Shown: positions 38,968 to 54,549, counted from the stretch's first letter. The stretch is DNA of 64,000 bases from Octopus vulgaris (GCA_951406725.2 OX597817.1:38440001-38504000), one strand, 5' to 3'. Program-made: numbers and translations. The notes: generated from the letters alone by a model not told the origin.

Positions 38968-39786
38968 GGACCTTTGTGGTTTTCGCAACTGTTTACAATT
39001 ATCTTTAGAAAAATTCTTTAATGTATCATATAGATGTAATTTTTGACGCTAAATCCGAATTTGTTATTCATTTATTCAAAAAAATATTTGCAAAAACTTT
39101 ACAGGTGTTCAGAGTTTGATCATTTTCAGAATTTTCAGCCAATCAGCGCGTTCGCTGCCCGTTCCATCATCGGGGGTGGGGGACATCGGCATGTCAAAAC
39201 ATTGCTACGTACACATACATACATATACTCACACAAAGTTGAAACGCTGTTTTTATTTATATTTTCAGCGTTGAATGTTCACCATCCTACTTCCATTGCA
39301 CACACACATACACACACACACACACACATACACACACACACACACACACACTCACACACACATACACAAACATTCACATACCTTCCTTTTACATACACAC
39401 GCATACACACAGAGTTGAAACGCTCCTACTACCAGTTTGCTATCACTCCTTCCTTTCTCATTCATATGTTACGACGGAGAAAAACATAAAGAGTATTATT
39501 GTAATAGACTATCTTCCTCGTATCTTCTCCTCCTAGTGCGCATGCACAGCATCTTTGGTTACTACGGAAACAGAGTTTATCGCCGCGGTGATGTGTAAAA
39601 TACTCGCTTCTGATTGGCTAAAATACCCAAATTTTGCAAATTTTAAAGGCTAATATTTTTTTAATTATAGATTTATAGAAAAAATTAATTTCATTTTCAT
39701 AATTAGTATACAAAACTTAATCCATATACCAAACTTGGAAACAACTGGAACAAAATTGTAAACAGTGACGAAAACCACAAAGATCC
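38968..39786. mobile_element. Non-autonomous TIR element (MITE-like), superfamily unclear
   Basis: TIRs GGACCTTTGTGGTTTTCGCAACTGTTTACAATT / AATTGTAAACAGTGACGAAAACCACAAAGATCC; inner mirrored AGCCAATCAG / CTGATTGGCT. Confidence 0.75.
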
Positions 39787-39789
39787 GCT

Positions 39790-40660
39790 ATTGACTTTGG
39801 CTGCCTAGATTTCCAATCTTCGTCATATCTATCTTATCCAGCCGTTCTTTTTGTTTTTTACTGGCCCCTGTTTCTTTAGCAATCTTTCGAATTACAGTAT
39901 AGTAGTTTTATCAATTACCTGTTTTCATTCATCCTTGGGACACGGCCCTACCAGCCCAATTCTCTTGTTAATGATTTTATGAACTTGATTTAGTTCCGTT
40001 TGATTTTTTCAATCCATTTCGGAGTTTTTAAGGCCTTTCTATTAAATTTCAAGTATAGTGTGATCATGAGAGTGGTTGTTAGCTTAGTTACTAGATCTTT
40101 TACACGATTCCATGTTTCTGGACAATAAGCAATTGTTAGGAAGATGATTGCAAATTCGTCTTTTAAGGTTTAGAGGCGCATTTTACTTTCAAAAATGAAA
40201 CTTTCCCCACTCTGGAAAGTTTGCTACTTCAAGCCAATTTGCAATTTTATATCTTTATGTTTCCTTCGTTGTGTTGCCTGCCATTTACTGTTTGAGGGAA
40301 TGTTTTCTAAACGTTATAACATAAACTTGTCTCTCGTAGATTTTAGGGGTTAATTTTCATGTTCATACTTTGTCCTACAGTCTTATTTTCTATATTATGC
40401 TATTCTAACGGTTAGAATATTTTAAAGTTCACTTCTATGTTCTACGAATGATAGACGTGCAAGAAATTTGCTGTCGAATTTAATTCCAATTTTTCTTTCC
40501 TTCTAATGCAGTTTTCGAAACATTTGTAAGCAAAGTGGTATTCTAATACCAGTTTTACAGGTATGACAGGAAGAGTCTATTTCGCTTAAATTTAGAAGTT
40601 AAGGCAAACTTAACTTTAGTGGAAATGTATTAGATTCGTTATATAGTGCAATAAAAGATG
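39790..40660 (-). mobile_element. Very decayed RTE-like LINE fragment
   Basis: Residual ESKMRL...LPTIAYCPETW; a short stretch is similar to 37705-37765. Confidence 0.4.
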
Positions 40661-41011
40661 TAGCAAGGTGGTATACGTGTGTTAAGACGGTGACTTACCT
40701 GGTTTCACATTTTAATTCGTCCTCATTACTGTTATTTCTAGTAACAGTAATGACAGCAATGACAGTCATCATTACCATTAGTTCACACAACGTATTAAGA
40801 ATAGAACGTTGTATTCTATTTTTCGACTATTTGGTTCATGGTATGAAAGTGGCCAACACACACACAAACACTCATATGTATTATGTTATATTATGTTATA
40901 TATAATACATACCGTATATATATATATATATTATATATAGTATTTTATACATATATCTATCTATCTCTCTCTCTCTCTCTCTCTGTATATATATATATAT
41001 ATATATATATG

Positions 41012-41300
41012 CTGTTGTGTCTGGGGAGAGTAATTTTCTTTTTGTGCCTTATAATGTAACACACTCACCGGTAAAATTTCCACTTATTTCTTATTTTTAT
41101 TTTCCTAAAATCAATGCCTCTTGTAACCTTTTCAGTAGTCTTGACTCTGTCCGTTATTTAGTCAAGACTATTGAAAAGGTTACAAGACGCAACGAAAATT
41201 TTAGGAAAATAAAAAAAATAAGAAATAAGTGGAAACTTTACCAGTGAGTGTGTTACATTATAAGGCACAAAAAGAAAATTACTCTCCCCAGACACAACAG
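41012..41300. repeat. 289-bp fold-back inverted repeat next to (TA)n
   Basis: CTGTTGTGTCTGGGGAGAGTAATTTTC mirrored by GAAAATTACTCTCCCCAGACACAACAG; spacer about 14 nt. Confidence 0.95.
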
Positions 41301-43416
41301 AATATGCTTCAACACACGAACTCATATAAAGAATCTTGCAAACCAAATCCAAAAACGAAATATATATATATACTCTCAGATCCACGCACAACATAATACA
41401 TTTATGCATTTATATTTTTATACTGTCTTAAACATACACGCACGTGCGCATACATATGTTTGTGTGTTTGTATGCTTGTATGTTTGTACGGATGTATATG
41501 AATGTATATGAATGCATATATCTTCACTTTATACCCTCGTATGAAATACTATGGCTCTTGAAATTAGCTCGACCATTACAGCACACTCCGCATTTCTGTG
41601 ATGACTCCTAAGAAAAGCAATTTAGTTTTTTCTTCCGTCACACTATATAAATTTCATCCAGGGTCTTATCATCAAAGTACTAGGCCTTCGCAGAATTATG
41701 CGCTGCATTTATCAAATATACATTTTATATGATGAATTCAGAAATCACTAGTATTTTATGTTTAACATAAACGGTTATAATTTTATAGTTTTGGAGTATT
41801 TACTACCTTTCCTTAAGTACTCTGACAGCACGTCTCTGATGCATACATCATAATACATACATACACATACATACATACATACATACATACATACATACGT
41901 AGTTACGTACGTCCGTACATACGTACTTATGTATATATATATATACATATATATATGGGGTGGTGCATACATATATATGTATGTATGCACGCACACACAC
42001 ACACTTATACACACACACATACACATACACGCATACACACATACACACACACATACACACATACATACACGCACACGTAAGTGTGTATGTATGTATGTTT
42101 GATTGTATATATGTATGTGTGTGTATGTATGTACGTGGTGATGATAGTGGAGGTTATGGTAGAAATTTGTTAGCGTGGGAATGTTGCTGTCGGTGTAAGT
42201 AAAGGCGGTGAAATAAATTTTTGCAATGGTTTTCAGTGGTGGTCAGGATGTTCTTAATGTTATCGCTATAATTGTTGTTGGCGTCATATTGCTATCAATA
42301 CTTGTAGTAGCGATGCTGTTGTTGTTCTTGTTGCTGATTTACTTATAACTCAGTCCTAACTGATCAAAGCCATTCTACCCATGGCCATCTCTTTTTTTTC
42401 TACCTAAGACTATCATTGGCCAATGTGTACTTCATTTCTTTAAGACGATAGTGTATAATTTGAGGGAGATTTAGCTTCTATTTCTGTCGCATTGTTATTG
42501 GCAATGACTGTTATTGCTGGTCATAGTGATGTTTTGTAGTTGTTTGGCTACAAGTGAGCCCATATGCCATAACCATTTCGTCGTTTTAGGGGATATTTAG
42601 GTCTTAATTTTCCTGTGTGATTTCTTTAGGTAGAGCGGTTTGAGAGAAATTTAGCTGCTATTTCTAAAACCTCGAGCGACCACTCAGAGAGCACCTCAAG
42701 TTATTGTAATTGCAATTATTTTTTGTTGCCATTATGCTTTTAATTGTAGGCGATGGTGGCGTTGATGGCGTTGGCGTTGTAGTTGGTGACGTTTTAGTGA
42801 GTGATTATATGACGCGTAAGTGGCTAAGTCTAGTCGTCAAACGAAACCGGTAGACATGGCTGCCATGTAAAAGTGAAAGTAGAGAGGTGGAGGAGAAAGA
42901 AGAGAGGAGAGATAATGTATTGTGAGAGGGGGTGTTGTTGAATGCTTTCCAGATGAGAAAATTGAAAAGAGAGCAAAAGAGAGAGTGGGTGGTTGACGAT
43001 AGTATTAGTGTTAAGGCAGAGGAGATGAGAAGTTTACAAGACATGAGTTCTGAATGGAAGGAAAAAAACTACTGTTTTTATTTGGGGAAAATAGGAGGAG
43101 GGGTAGGTGTTACTATGTTCACTATTTGTTATTCGTTGTTCTTGTTTTTGTTGGTGTTTAGCCCCAGGTCAGCGCTGACATTCAGTAGAACTATAATCGA
43201 AGTCATACCAACCAACCGCTCGTTTTTTCCATTTTCCCTGGTTTTTTTCTCTTCTCTTTTATTCTTTTTATGATCTTATACGGTCTTTCTTTCTTTCACG
43301 GCGATTTAGAATTGACTTGAAAGAGATTTAGTTGTAACTTCTAGCCGATCGAACGACCATGTAGAGGCTCTCACTTATTGCTAGTACTGTCAATACTGTT
43401 GATGTCGATGCCTTGT

Positions 43417-43488
<72 letters not shown>

Positions 43489-43658
43489 CACCACCACCAC
43501 CACCATCACTACTACTACTACTACTGCTACTACTACTACTGCTGCTACTACTACTACTACTAGTAGTAGTAATAGTAGTATGTAATATATATATATACAT
43601 ACACATACACACACACACATATATATATATACACACACATATATATATATACACACAC

Positions 43659-43749
<91 letters not shown>
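43417..43749. repeat. Compound (CTA)n/(CCA)n/(CA)n/(TA)n microsatellite
   Basis: Direct reading. Confidence 0.97.
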
Positions 43750-43754
<5 letters not shown>

Positions 43755-44066
43755 GACGGTGACGATATCTAGTAGTGTTGGTGGGTGTCAGCAACTTCCA
43801 GTGATTACGCCCACCTGTTGTCATTGTCGAAGTTGTAATTTGTAATACTGATAACGTCAGTGCTGTTGTAGATGAGGTGTTGGTGGTGACGGATAATAAT
43901 GATATCTGTAGTGACTGTTGCTGTTGTAATTGTTCGTATTGCTGCTCTTGTTGTTGACGTGGTGCTGGATGTGGAGATCATTTTTCGTTATAGAGACGTT
44001 TGAAGGATAATAGTCGTAGTTAAGGTTTTGATGATGAAGAGAAGGAATACACTACTACTGCTGCTG

Positions 44067-44102
<36 letters not shown>

Positions 44103-44119
44103 ATGATAATAATAATGAT

Positions 44120-44499
44120 TTCTAATTTCACTTTTCTGGGAAAGGATTAAGTTGATTACGTCACCCCAGTGGTTAACTGGTACTTATTTTATCAACCCCG
44201 AAAGGATGAAAGACAAAAATCAACCTCGGCGGAATTTGAACTCAGAACGTAAGGACGAACGAAATGCTTATGTCTGTTCTACCCACAAGGGGCTAAACAC
44301 AGAGGGGACAAACAAGGACAGACAAACGGATTAAGTCGATTACATCGACCCCAGTGTGTAACTGGTACTTAATTTATCGACCTCGAAAGGATGAAAGGCA
44401 AAGTCGACCTCGGCGGAATTTGAACTCAGAACGTAACGGCAGACGAAATGCCGCTAAGCATTTTGCCCGGCGTGCTAACGATTCTGCCAGCTCGCTGTC

Positions 44500-44500
<1 letters not shown>
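44120..44500 (-). mobile_element. Second dimeric SINE family B; a further monomer lies at about 44558-44715
   Basis: Same two-unit layout as 16865-17264, between (TAA)n tracts. Confidence 0.85.
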
Positions 44501-44558
<58 letters not shown>

Positions 44559-45562
44559 CCTTTCTATCGGAAGCACAAGGCCTCACATTTGGGGGAAGGA
44601 ATTAAATCGATTACATCGACTCCAGTGCGTAACTGGTACTTATTTAATCGACCCTCGGCGGAATTTGAATGAGACCGTAAAGACGGATGAAATGCCGCTA
44701 AGCATTTTGCCGCGCACAAGGCCAGTAATTTTCAAGGGAGAGAGGTTAGTTGTTGCTGTCGATTACAGTATTTGACTGATACTTTATTTTATTGATCTCA
44801 GAAGGAAATAAAAGGCGGAATTTGAAATCCGAACTAGGTGAAGAGCAGGGTAACGCGAGTGAGTGGGCCTACTTTGTGCTAGTGCCTGTAGGTTAGAGAA
44901 AACGGATGGGAGAGGAGCGCTTCTCGTTGGTGCCCTTGATGATCGGGTTGATCCAGGATTCCTTAGTTGGTCCTGGGTAGTGCGCTCCCAATAGCGAATT
45001 TTTATTGTTATCAATTTTCTTTTTGTTATTGTTTATTGTTGGCTCATGTATACATATATCCACACTGTTATTTGTCTTTGCATTGTTCTAAATTGGTTTT
45101 TGCGGTTCTTGTCGCCAATAAATTATTATCATTATTATTTCTTTCTCTGCCTTTTCTGTTAGTCATGGCAGGAAGCCTTCCAGAAACATTTTATTGCTAC
45201 TCGTATAGCGGCCGGATTTGTATCCTACACCGCCATTTTGATTGATTGTTTTTTATGCATACAACAGGAAAATATATCTAGAATGGTCTTATAGCCTCCA
45301 GGGATTGTAGGGACTAGTAAATTAATTCCCTGTCCCCGACTATATACATAGTCTTTTCTCACCGCACTTACTATCTTCGTATATTGCGCAGCAAAAGTAA
45401 AAACAAACCAGGAGTCGCAGTTGCGGCCAATACCCTTAACTATCAACTTTATCTTCCGCTGTCCTATGTGCTGCAATACAAGCCTGAGTAGGTGTGTATT
45501 TCATTACCTCAACGTGTTTTTTTTACCTTACCTACGGTCTCAAAAAACTGATGGATACTACA

Positions 45563-45625
<63 letters not shown>

Positions 45626-45629
45626 CGCT

Positions 45630-46215
45630 ATTTGTAGCCCATCATGAAGAAGCTGTTAGGATGAATTTGATGCAAATGCTGATAAAACTCAGTCAGATAG
45701 CAAATACAGAATGTGTAGAAAAGAGAATGAAAGTATCTGCTAACTGAGCGCAGTAAACTAGCACAAAAATAATATAAACGCAGCGTGACTGTGTCAGTAA
45801 AGGAGTGCATTAAGACGTTAGTCAAGTTTGTAGATGTGAAGTGATGGAAAAGCAGTATGAACACAAGCCAGGGGTTGTCATGGTAAATGATAATAACAAG
45901 GATTTTATGAGATTTCTTTATAGAGACTGATCATACAATTGAAACAAGAAGACCAGATATGATCGTATTAGATCATTGACTTTAGGATCGCTAATGATAG
46001 TAGAGTGGGTATCAGAGGAACGTTGAAAATCAAGAAATATCAGGACCTGACAAGAAAAAAGTTGAAAAGATTATGGTAAATGGTCCATTCGGCACATCTA
46101 AACTGCTGAAGTATATTGGAATTGAAATATGTATTATCGACCGTTAGAGCAGTGCCACTTCGTATTCTGCAAGAGTCCTGAGAAAAATGTTTGAAAGATA
46201 ACATCTCTTACTGCT
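45630..46215 (+). mobile_element. 3' end of an R4/Dong-clade LINE (zinc knuckle plus restriction-like endonuclease), decayed
   Basis: RMCRKENES...ECSKLAQK-like knuckle remnant and IL*DFFIETDHTIETRRPDMIVLD (45902-45973); directly follows (TAA)n. Confidence 0.8.
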
Positions 46216-46257
46216 TTAATTTGCATGTAACAACATTTGTATAACAACAACAATAAC

Positions 46258-46324
<67 letters not shown>

Positions 46325-46684
46325 ATCCTTTCTACTTTCTACTTTTGGGGAAGGGAGCTAACCGATTAAATCGATCGCAGTGATCAACTGGTACTTATTT
46401 TATCGACCTCTGAAAGGATGGAAAGCAAATTTGAAATCCGAGGTATTTGAAAACGTTGGAAAGAACACTGAATGGAATTTTTTCCGACGTTCTAATGCGT
46501 TTACCAATCAACCAACATAATAATAATAATAATTTGCTATGAAAATCCATGCATTCGAACAGCATGTTACGAAAAGGTTTACAATCATAGTTATATACAA
46601 ACGAAAGGTAGGGCTAAAAAAACGTTATATAATTTGGTTAAGACATTAATTAGTAATATAGACATAGATTACACTATATGCACA

Positions 46685-46749
<65 letters not shown>

Positions 46750-47739
46750 TTCAATAAAACCGAAAAGCAACCCTTTACCACATGCAGGTGAAAAGCTGGG
46801 TTCGATCAAAGTATCCCACAACCTTAATCCTATTCCACTTCCATGTATAACTTCTTACAAAATAACAAAGTAACTTCTTAAACGCTTAAATCGATTCCAA
46901 AATATTAATAGTAATCACAGTCTTTTAACATTGGCACAAGCTCAGACCCTTAGGGGAAGAAGAGCCAATCGGACGTACCTCACTCCATAATTTGCTTTTA
47001 TTTTCTTGACCAAACAAAAGGATGAAAGGCAATGTCAACTTGGTGTGATTTGAACTCAAAATGTTAAGGAATGTATAGCTAAATATCTCAAGTCATGACA
47101 TGTAACTTTCGACTAGTTCTGCCCACTACTGCCATAGCAGTATGATTTGAGATAGTAAAAAGGATCTCTATAGAAGAGTTGGGGACGGTCACTCGACAGG
47201 TTAAAAACAGCAACTAAAACTGCCTCAAAAAACACTATACTTTGTTTAAAAAGGAAGGATATATTGGGCAACGTAGTCTTTTCTAGATAAACAGCGTCTG
47301 AAAAAATAAATTGGATGGTCATAACTAGAAGGTCTTTGATTAGTAGTCTGCTAGATCATGGTTAACCTGCTATTGAACTACAATAAAGAAGGACACATTA
47401 TTTAATGTTATTCAGGATACGTTGGGTCTGAAAAAAATGAGATGGTCATGACTGGAATACCTTTGATCTTAATAAGGTCTCTTGTATCAGAGCTAACATG
47501 TGGCTAAACAACAACTATAACATTAACTTCAATCATATTGTTTTTACACTAAATTTTGGGAGCAGCATAGAATCGATCAACGCTACTGTACACCCTATAT
47601 TACTGGTGGTTATTTTACTAATACTAGTAGATACCAACTAAGAAAGTGGAGAGACGACACTTAATAGCTAAAGTACATTCAGTCCGGTGCCCTATAGGTT
47701 CTAATTATCTCACCTCCAAGCACCGAAACCACCAACAGG

Positions 47740-47956
<217 letters not shown>

Positions 47957-48627
47957 AATATTAATCTTGATAATGACGACAATGATTACGACGACGATGA
48001 TGGCATTGTTGCTGTTCATTGTAGTGGTTACTGTTAATGATGGCAGCCGTTATTATACTAGATGTTGATGATGATGATGATGATGATGGCGATAATGATG
48101 GCATTGTTGCTGTTCTTGTAGATAGGCCACCATTTTGGTGACATTGACAGCCAACCGCCAACTGTTGGATTTACAGTGGGCTACATAACGACAATTGTAA
48201 GGACATAGATGGCACTGATATCATTATCAAGACAGCGAAGATGTCAACGATTCTACAGCTAACACGATAGATAATAGAATTCAGAACGATGAAAACGATA
48301 AGAAACAGTTTTAGTTAGGTTGTAAGTAAATGTTGATAATGAGAGTGGAAAGAAATGGAGAAAAATGAGAATAGAAAAAAAAAATCAGAACGATGACAAC
48401 AATAGCAAGACTAATAATAAAAACAACTGCTACATTGTCACATACACTCCCACGTATACTGTCCCCTGCTATCTAGCAGTAGATGTAGTTTTGCTCCTGA
48501 CATAAGTCAACATTATTACTACTTGATTGTGTATCTATATTTAATTTGCTATGTATACTAGAAAGTTACATTTATCCTTCGGATTCAAGTAATAAAAACG
48601 TACAACTAATATACATACATACATACA

Positions 48628-48720
<93 letters not shown>

Positions 48721-48947
48721 TTGACACTAACAATTGGTTGCAATGGCAAATAAGCTTTCAAAATATATTTTTCATATTCTAATTTTTTTCTCACATTATG
48801 AGGTCTGAATATATAAGTGAAAGGAAATTTAGAGGACATTTATAGTCATTATTACCAGCAGTGCGCCACAAACAACTACGAATCTCTGTCTATGTCATGG
48901 TGAAAAAAAAAAATAAATAAATAATAATAATAATAATAATAATAATG

Positions 48948-48986
<39 letters not shown>

Positions 48987-48989
<3 letters not shown>

Positions 48990-49125
48990 CTTTCTACTAA
49001 AGGCACAAGGCCTGAAATTTGGGGGAGGGGACTAGTCGATTACTCGACCCTAGTGTTTCACTGGTACTTAATTTATCGACCCCGAAAGAATGAAAGAATG
49101 AAAGGCAAAGTCGATCTCGGCAGGT
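48987..49125 (-). mobile_element. SINE family B 3' fragment attached to (TAA)n
   Basis: CTGGTACTTAATTTATCGACCCCGAAAG...AGGCAAAGTCGA. Confidence 0.8.
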
Positions 49126-50873
49126 TTGTATAATTAATTACTCAGTCTTTATGGTTTCTGTTCCAGCTGCGGATATTACATAGGAGAGGGGTGTTAAAAA
49201 CTTCCGTCCCTCACTTGAGGTATAGACTTTCTAAACCAGCTCGCATTGCAGTGCATTGGACCGTTAACTAGCATTAAAAATAAACAAACAAAAACATATT
49301 ACACATCACTGGCGTACGTTCATTTTTCTTTTTTCTTTTCTCTCTCTCTCTTTCTTTCTCTCTCTCACTCTCTCTCTCTCTCTCTCTCTCTCACTTTTCA
49401 CCAAAATCGAATCTTTAACGCTATTGATAAAGAATAAATTACAAAGAATCTTTCTTCTCTGATTCGAACAAGTCATCTTAATATTGGCGTTCTTGAGAAC
49501 CTGTGAAAGCTTTCGTTATCAAGGGCAAGTTAGTCTAGCGGAACCTATTTCCTTCCAACAAACGCTCACTGAATCATAAAGCGAACTGAACTCAGTTTAT
49601 TGCTTTGAGCTCTCGACGGTTTCAAGAACGAAGTGTACCAATTCACAATCGGTGCAGTAAAAAGAATGGATCATTTAAGAGTTAAGAATATTTGTGATAG
49701 AGTACGGTATCGATAGTTTGATACCAAACCTTTGGTTATTAATCTGGTTATTAATCCTACATTTTACTCAGTTGCCTCCGTCATACAGGATTATGAAAAT
49801 ATTTTGTTTAACCATTTTTTAAACATTTCTACCATTCTCAATTAGAAAGGCATGCATATCTTTTTTCTTATGTAAGTGTTCTCCTTGTTGAGGAATGGAT
49901 CAGTATGATACATCAGTATGATACAATATGATATCCTTCAAACTATCATCAGCTCAAGTTGTGCGGCATCTTTTCATCATACGTGGTGCTAAAAGATTTT
50001 TTTTTTTTTTTTTTGTGAACTGATGAAACGGTTTTGTAGCAATTTCAGCACTATGTCTCACATCAGGGTATAATTTGCAAACTTGCTAAAAATAGCAAAG
50101 GAGCATTATCTGAGTTTCTAAAATATCAGGTAATGGTAGATCTTTATGCACAAATGATCAACAACGATCGCTTTCTGCAGAAACAAGTGTAGGTCACAAC
50201 AATGTTGAGAAGTACCCACAATAAATTTCAGATTAAGCACTTCTTCGAACCATCTTTCTAAGAGCTGCTTCCCCCAACAAATTTATTTCTTTATGGAAAT
50301 GCAAACCAAATGCAAAAGCAGCAGGTTTTCCTCAATGTGGAAACAATGTAAAGCCATTTTCTCTCTGGGGAGTAAATTTGAGGATTATAAAAAAAATTGT
50401 TCATTAGCGTGGGTGGAGAGAAGCAAAAAAAAAGTACCAAAAAATATAAAAATCAGAAATTATCATAAATGCGTTGGAAAATTAAGAGATTGAGTACAGT
50501 TTGCTGATTAAGAGTACAGACTGAAATTCACGGGGAAAAGGTTTTAGAAATAAAAAGCACAATAAAATTTGTATAGCTAATAGCAGTGATTGCAATAATG
50601 GCAGAATTTATCATTGATGATCAGTCGATATGAAGCAGGGCATAAAATGGTGGGAACAACACAGGTAATGATAATGGCGACGAGAATAGTGGTTATGTAA
50701 CAATGATTATAATGGCGACAGTAATACAAGCAATATCTCGAGTTTAGGTTTAATATATGTATATATTCATCTGTCATCTGTATATGTAGCTGTATGTAAG
50801 CTTTGTGTGCATTTATCGTGCTTGTTTTCTTTTAAAGCATGTACTTTATATATGTCCACACACACACAGACTC

Positions 50874-50950
<77 letters not shown>

Positions 50951-52287
50951 CATATATGAATTTATCCAGGGCAGAAAAAGAGGGCACTGTTCAGGTTTTT
51001 ACAGCCTCCTCCACTCTGGACAGATATGATTGATGCGATTAGTGCCCATACTGATTATGTTTAAATCAATCTCTACCATAACACGGGTGGGAGAAAGCCG
51101 GGGGCCTGATCTGAATGCTTGCAGTATATTATAATCTGTTGAAGACAAATTACGAGCAGGTAATATTGGTGTTATGCAGAGTGATGAGTGAAGCCTAGCA
51201 CCTATGTAAGGTTGTATGAATATATATGTTTGCATGCATGTACGTTGATATGGACACACACACATACACACACACAGAGGAGGAATAAGAGAGAGATTAA
51301 CATGGGTTTAATATGCCAATAAATAGCCAATGATTACGATTTAAAAAGCTAACCAATAGATTCTTAAAACTTATGAGAGGTTTTTTTATAGCACTTCAAA
51401 AAATTGTAGCATAAACAACATAAGAGAAGCTATAAACCCAAGCATTACAGACGAAATTTTTGCTAAATCCAGCCCTCTCACTCTAAAGAAGCATTTATAT
51501 GTTGATGCTATGAAGGGAAATGCATACATACATACATACATACATACATACATACATACATACATACATACATACATACATACATACATACATACATACA
51601 TACATACATACATACATACATACATACATACATACATACATACAAAGTTCTGGGGTTAGTTGTTCAGAACAACATGGTTAGTCCTTCAAGTGTCCCCAGT
51701 CGAAACAAACTGCCTTTTATTGGAATCATTGTTTTAATAAAACATACGCATACGCATACATGTGCGCATGTATGTGGGAGAAAGTTGGAGGGGAGCAAGA
51801 GAGAGTTTTGTTAGAAAAGACATGCCATATGGTTACAGATCACAATATATTGGTGGTTGGTAAATAGTGCAGAAAATGTAAAAGACATTTTTAAAAACGG
51901 TGTAAAATGGTGTGTGTGAAAGTTAGTAGATGTGAAAACGTGTTAAATGTATATTTAATTTAATGCACACGGGTACAAGCATTTGCACGCGCACACATAT
52001 ACATACTCGTACAGACATATACATACATATACATACATATACACATGCATACATATACGCACATATACAGAGAGGAAATATGGTGGGGTCTGAAGATATT
52101 CTCCTGCGACTTTAATAGGGAGAAAGGTCGTCATTAATGTACGTGCATTGGTAGGCATCCAGGTGTGTAGATGCGTCGCTGTATACATGCATGGACATAT
52201 AAACATATATATATATATACATGCGTGGGTGGATGTAAGGATATATATATATATATACATATATAATATACACATATCAATGCATCA

Positions 52288-52401
<114 letters not shown>

Positions 52402-53784
52402 TTATATATATATATTACTTGACGTAGTTGACATCTTTGCACATGCAATGTCTTTAAAAAATTACTCCAAGCAGCAATGCCAGTAAGGTTTGTGAATTTA
52501 CGGGTGTCATTGCAAGGAAAGTGATACATACGAACCCCAAAACCATGTTTTCAGCAACATGACATTGCTAATAATCTTTGTGCGTGTATATATATATGTA
52601 CGTATGTAGGTTGGTAAGCAAACACGTAGGTGGATACGTAGGTAGTTAAGTAGGTAAATATTTGTGACTAAACTGCAAGAATATATAGCAGTTGTTGGTT
52701 TGCCGTATTCAAGTCTTTGACTAAATTCTATGAATGAAGACACGAGAAATGAAGAAATTGTATATGTGTATATGTACACACAGCAGCAGCATACAGCGAA
52801 CACAAACCTTGTGAATCAATACAAAGTAGTTGGCGAGATATATGAAGAAGATATATATGTTGAGTTTACTTTAAATCATCGCCTAACACAGCCAGTTGCT
52901 GAACGAATAGTAATAGTAGTAGTTGTTGTATTAGTAGTAACTGTTGATTTAGTTTGGCCCCAGGTAAAAGCCTGATTGAGTAGATCGACAATCAAATGCA
53001 ACCCAGCCGTGATGTTCAGCCTTTTAGTCAGTTCATTGTGTAAGTAAAATAACATTATGCAACGTGTTCCCTCCACTTTGTAAGATAGTAGAGCGTGATT
53101 TGTGGGCGACTCGGCTGCTGTTTCTAACAACATGAGTGACCACATAGCCTCTCTGCCGTTAGCTTACAAGGATAGTATATATACTGAATGTAGCTCCCAT
53201 GTATGTATGTATGTATGTATGTATGTATGTATTTATGCATGCATGTATTTATGTATTGAATTATATCAAATATAAAAGAGTTGGCTCACTCGATCTGCTG
53301 TAAATAGTAGCCGAATTTTCACTCAGATTACATCCTCGTATCTTTTAAGATGAAGATAAAAAAAAAATAAAAGATTCTGCAGATAATGTAGTCCAACATA
53401 CAGATTCTCAATATAAAGACGAGATGGTCATGACTGGCATACCTTCGATCATAACTCGACTGAATTAAGGCCGACTTGGTGGTGATGGTGGTGGAAGACA
53501 AGCCACAACAGCTACAACGACGTGTCATTTTGGCTATGTTAGGGAGTCTGTGTAAATGTGTAGTCTGCAATCGAAGCTATAAACGATAACCATTCTTAAC
53601 CAAGTCGTCCATTCATTCATATGGTACATAATGAATCTTGATAAGAGCGTGCATTGCGTGGGAATAGTAGTAAAACCATCACATACATATATGCACTTGT
53701 TTTCGTGTCGTTGTATGTTTTGTCTGTGAATTGTGTGTATGCGTGTATGTGTACGTGTATGTGTGTGTGTGTATGTGTGCATGC

Positions 53785-53833
<49 letters not shown>

Positions 53834-53913
53834 TGTGTGTGTGTACGTGCGCGTGCTCAGCTAATTTCCGCTTCGGTTAATGCTTGACCGTTTCAGCTAA
53901 TACTTAGAGCTAG

Positions 53914-53963
<50 letters not shown>

Positions 53964-54116
53964 GTATATTTGGATGTATGCGTGTATGTCTGTACATATG
54001 TATGCAAGTGTCTATATGTACACGAATTCTGATCAGTCTGTTGTAACAGACATGCGCGCACACACACGCACACATCCACACTCATATCTATAATTCTATA
54101 ATGTGCATATTATATA

Positions 54117-54152
<36 letters not shown>

Positions 54153-54508
54153 TGTATATATACAATGTATGACACCCTTATAAGACATTGCTTTTTACTG
54201 AAGAAGAAGAAGAAGAAGAAGAAGAAGAAGAAGAAGAAGAAGAAGAAGAAGAAGAAGAAGAAGAAGAAGAAGAAGAAGAAGAAATAAAGAGCATGCTGAG
54301 GAAGAAAAAACCGATGTGCAAGCTCTTAAATAAATAAATGATGTTTGAATGAATGAATGAATGAATGAATGAATGAGTGAATGAATGAATGAATGAAAGT
54401 GCAACAGAATGCGAAAGATAAAGAAAAAGGTGAGTGAGAATGTTTCAGTGACAAAAGGACAAAGAGAATGAGGAAGACATGCAGACAGAAAGATAGCAAG
54501 AGAAACGT

Positions 54509-54549
<41 letters not shown>

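Noticed and set aside
44830-45545. Possible LINE 5' UTR or ORF1 remnant
   Set aside because: No diagnostic motif recognised
50020-50360. Possible DNA transposase remnant on the minus strand
   Set aside because: Similarity too weak to name a family
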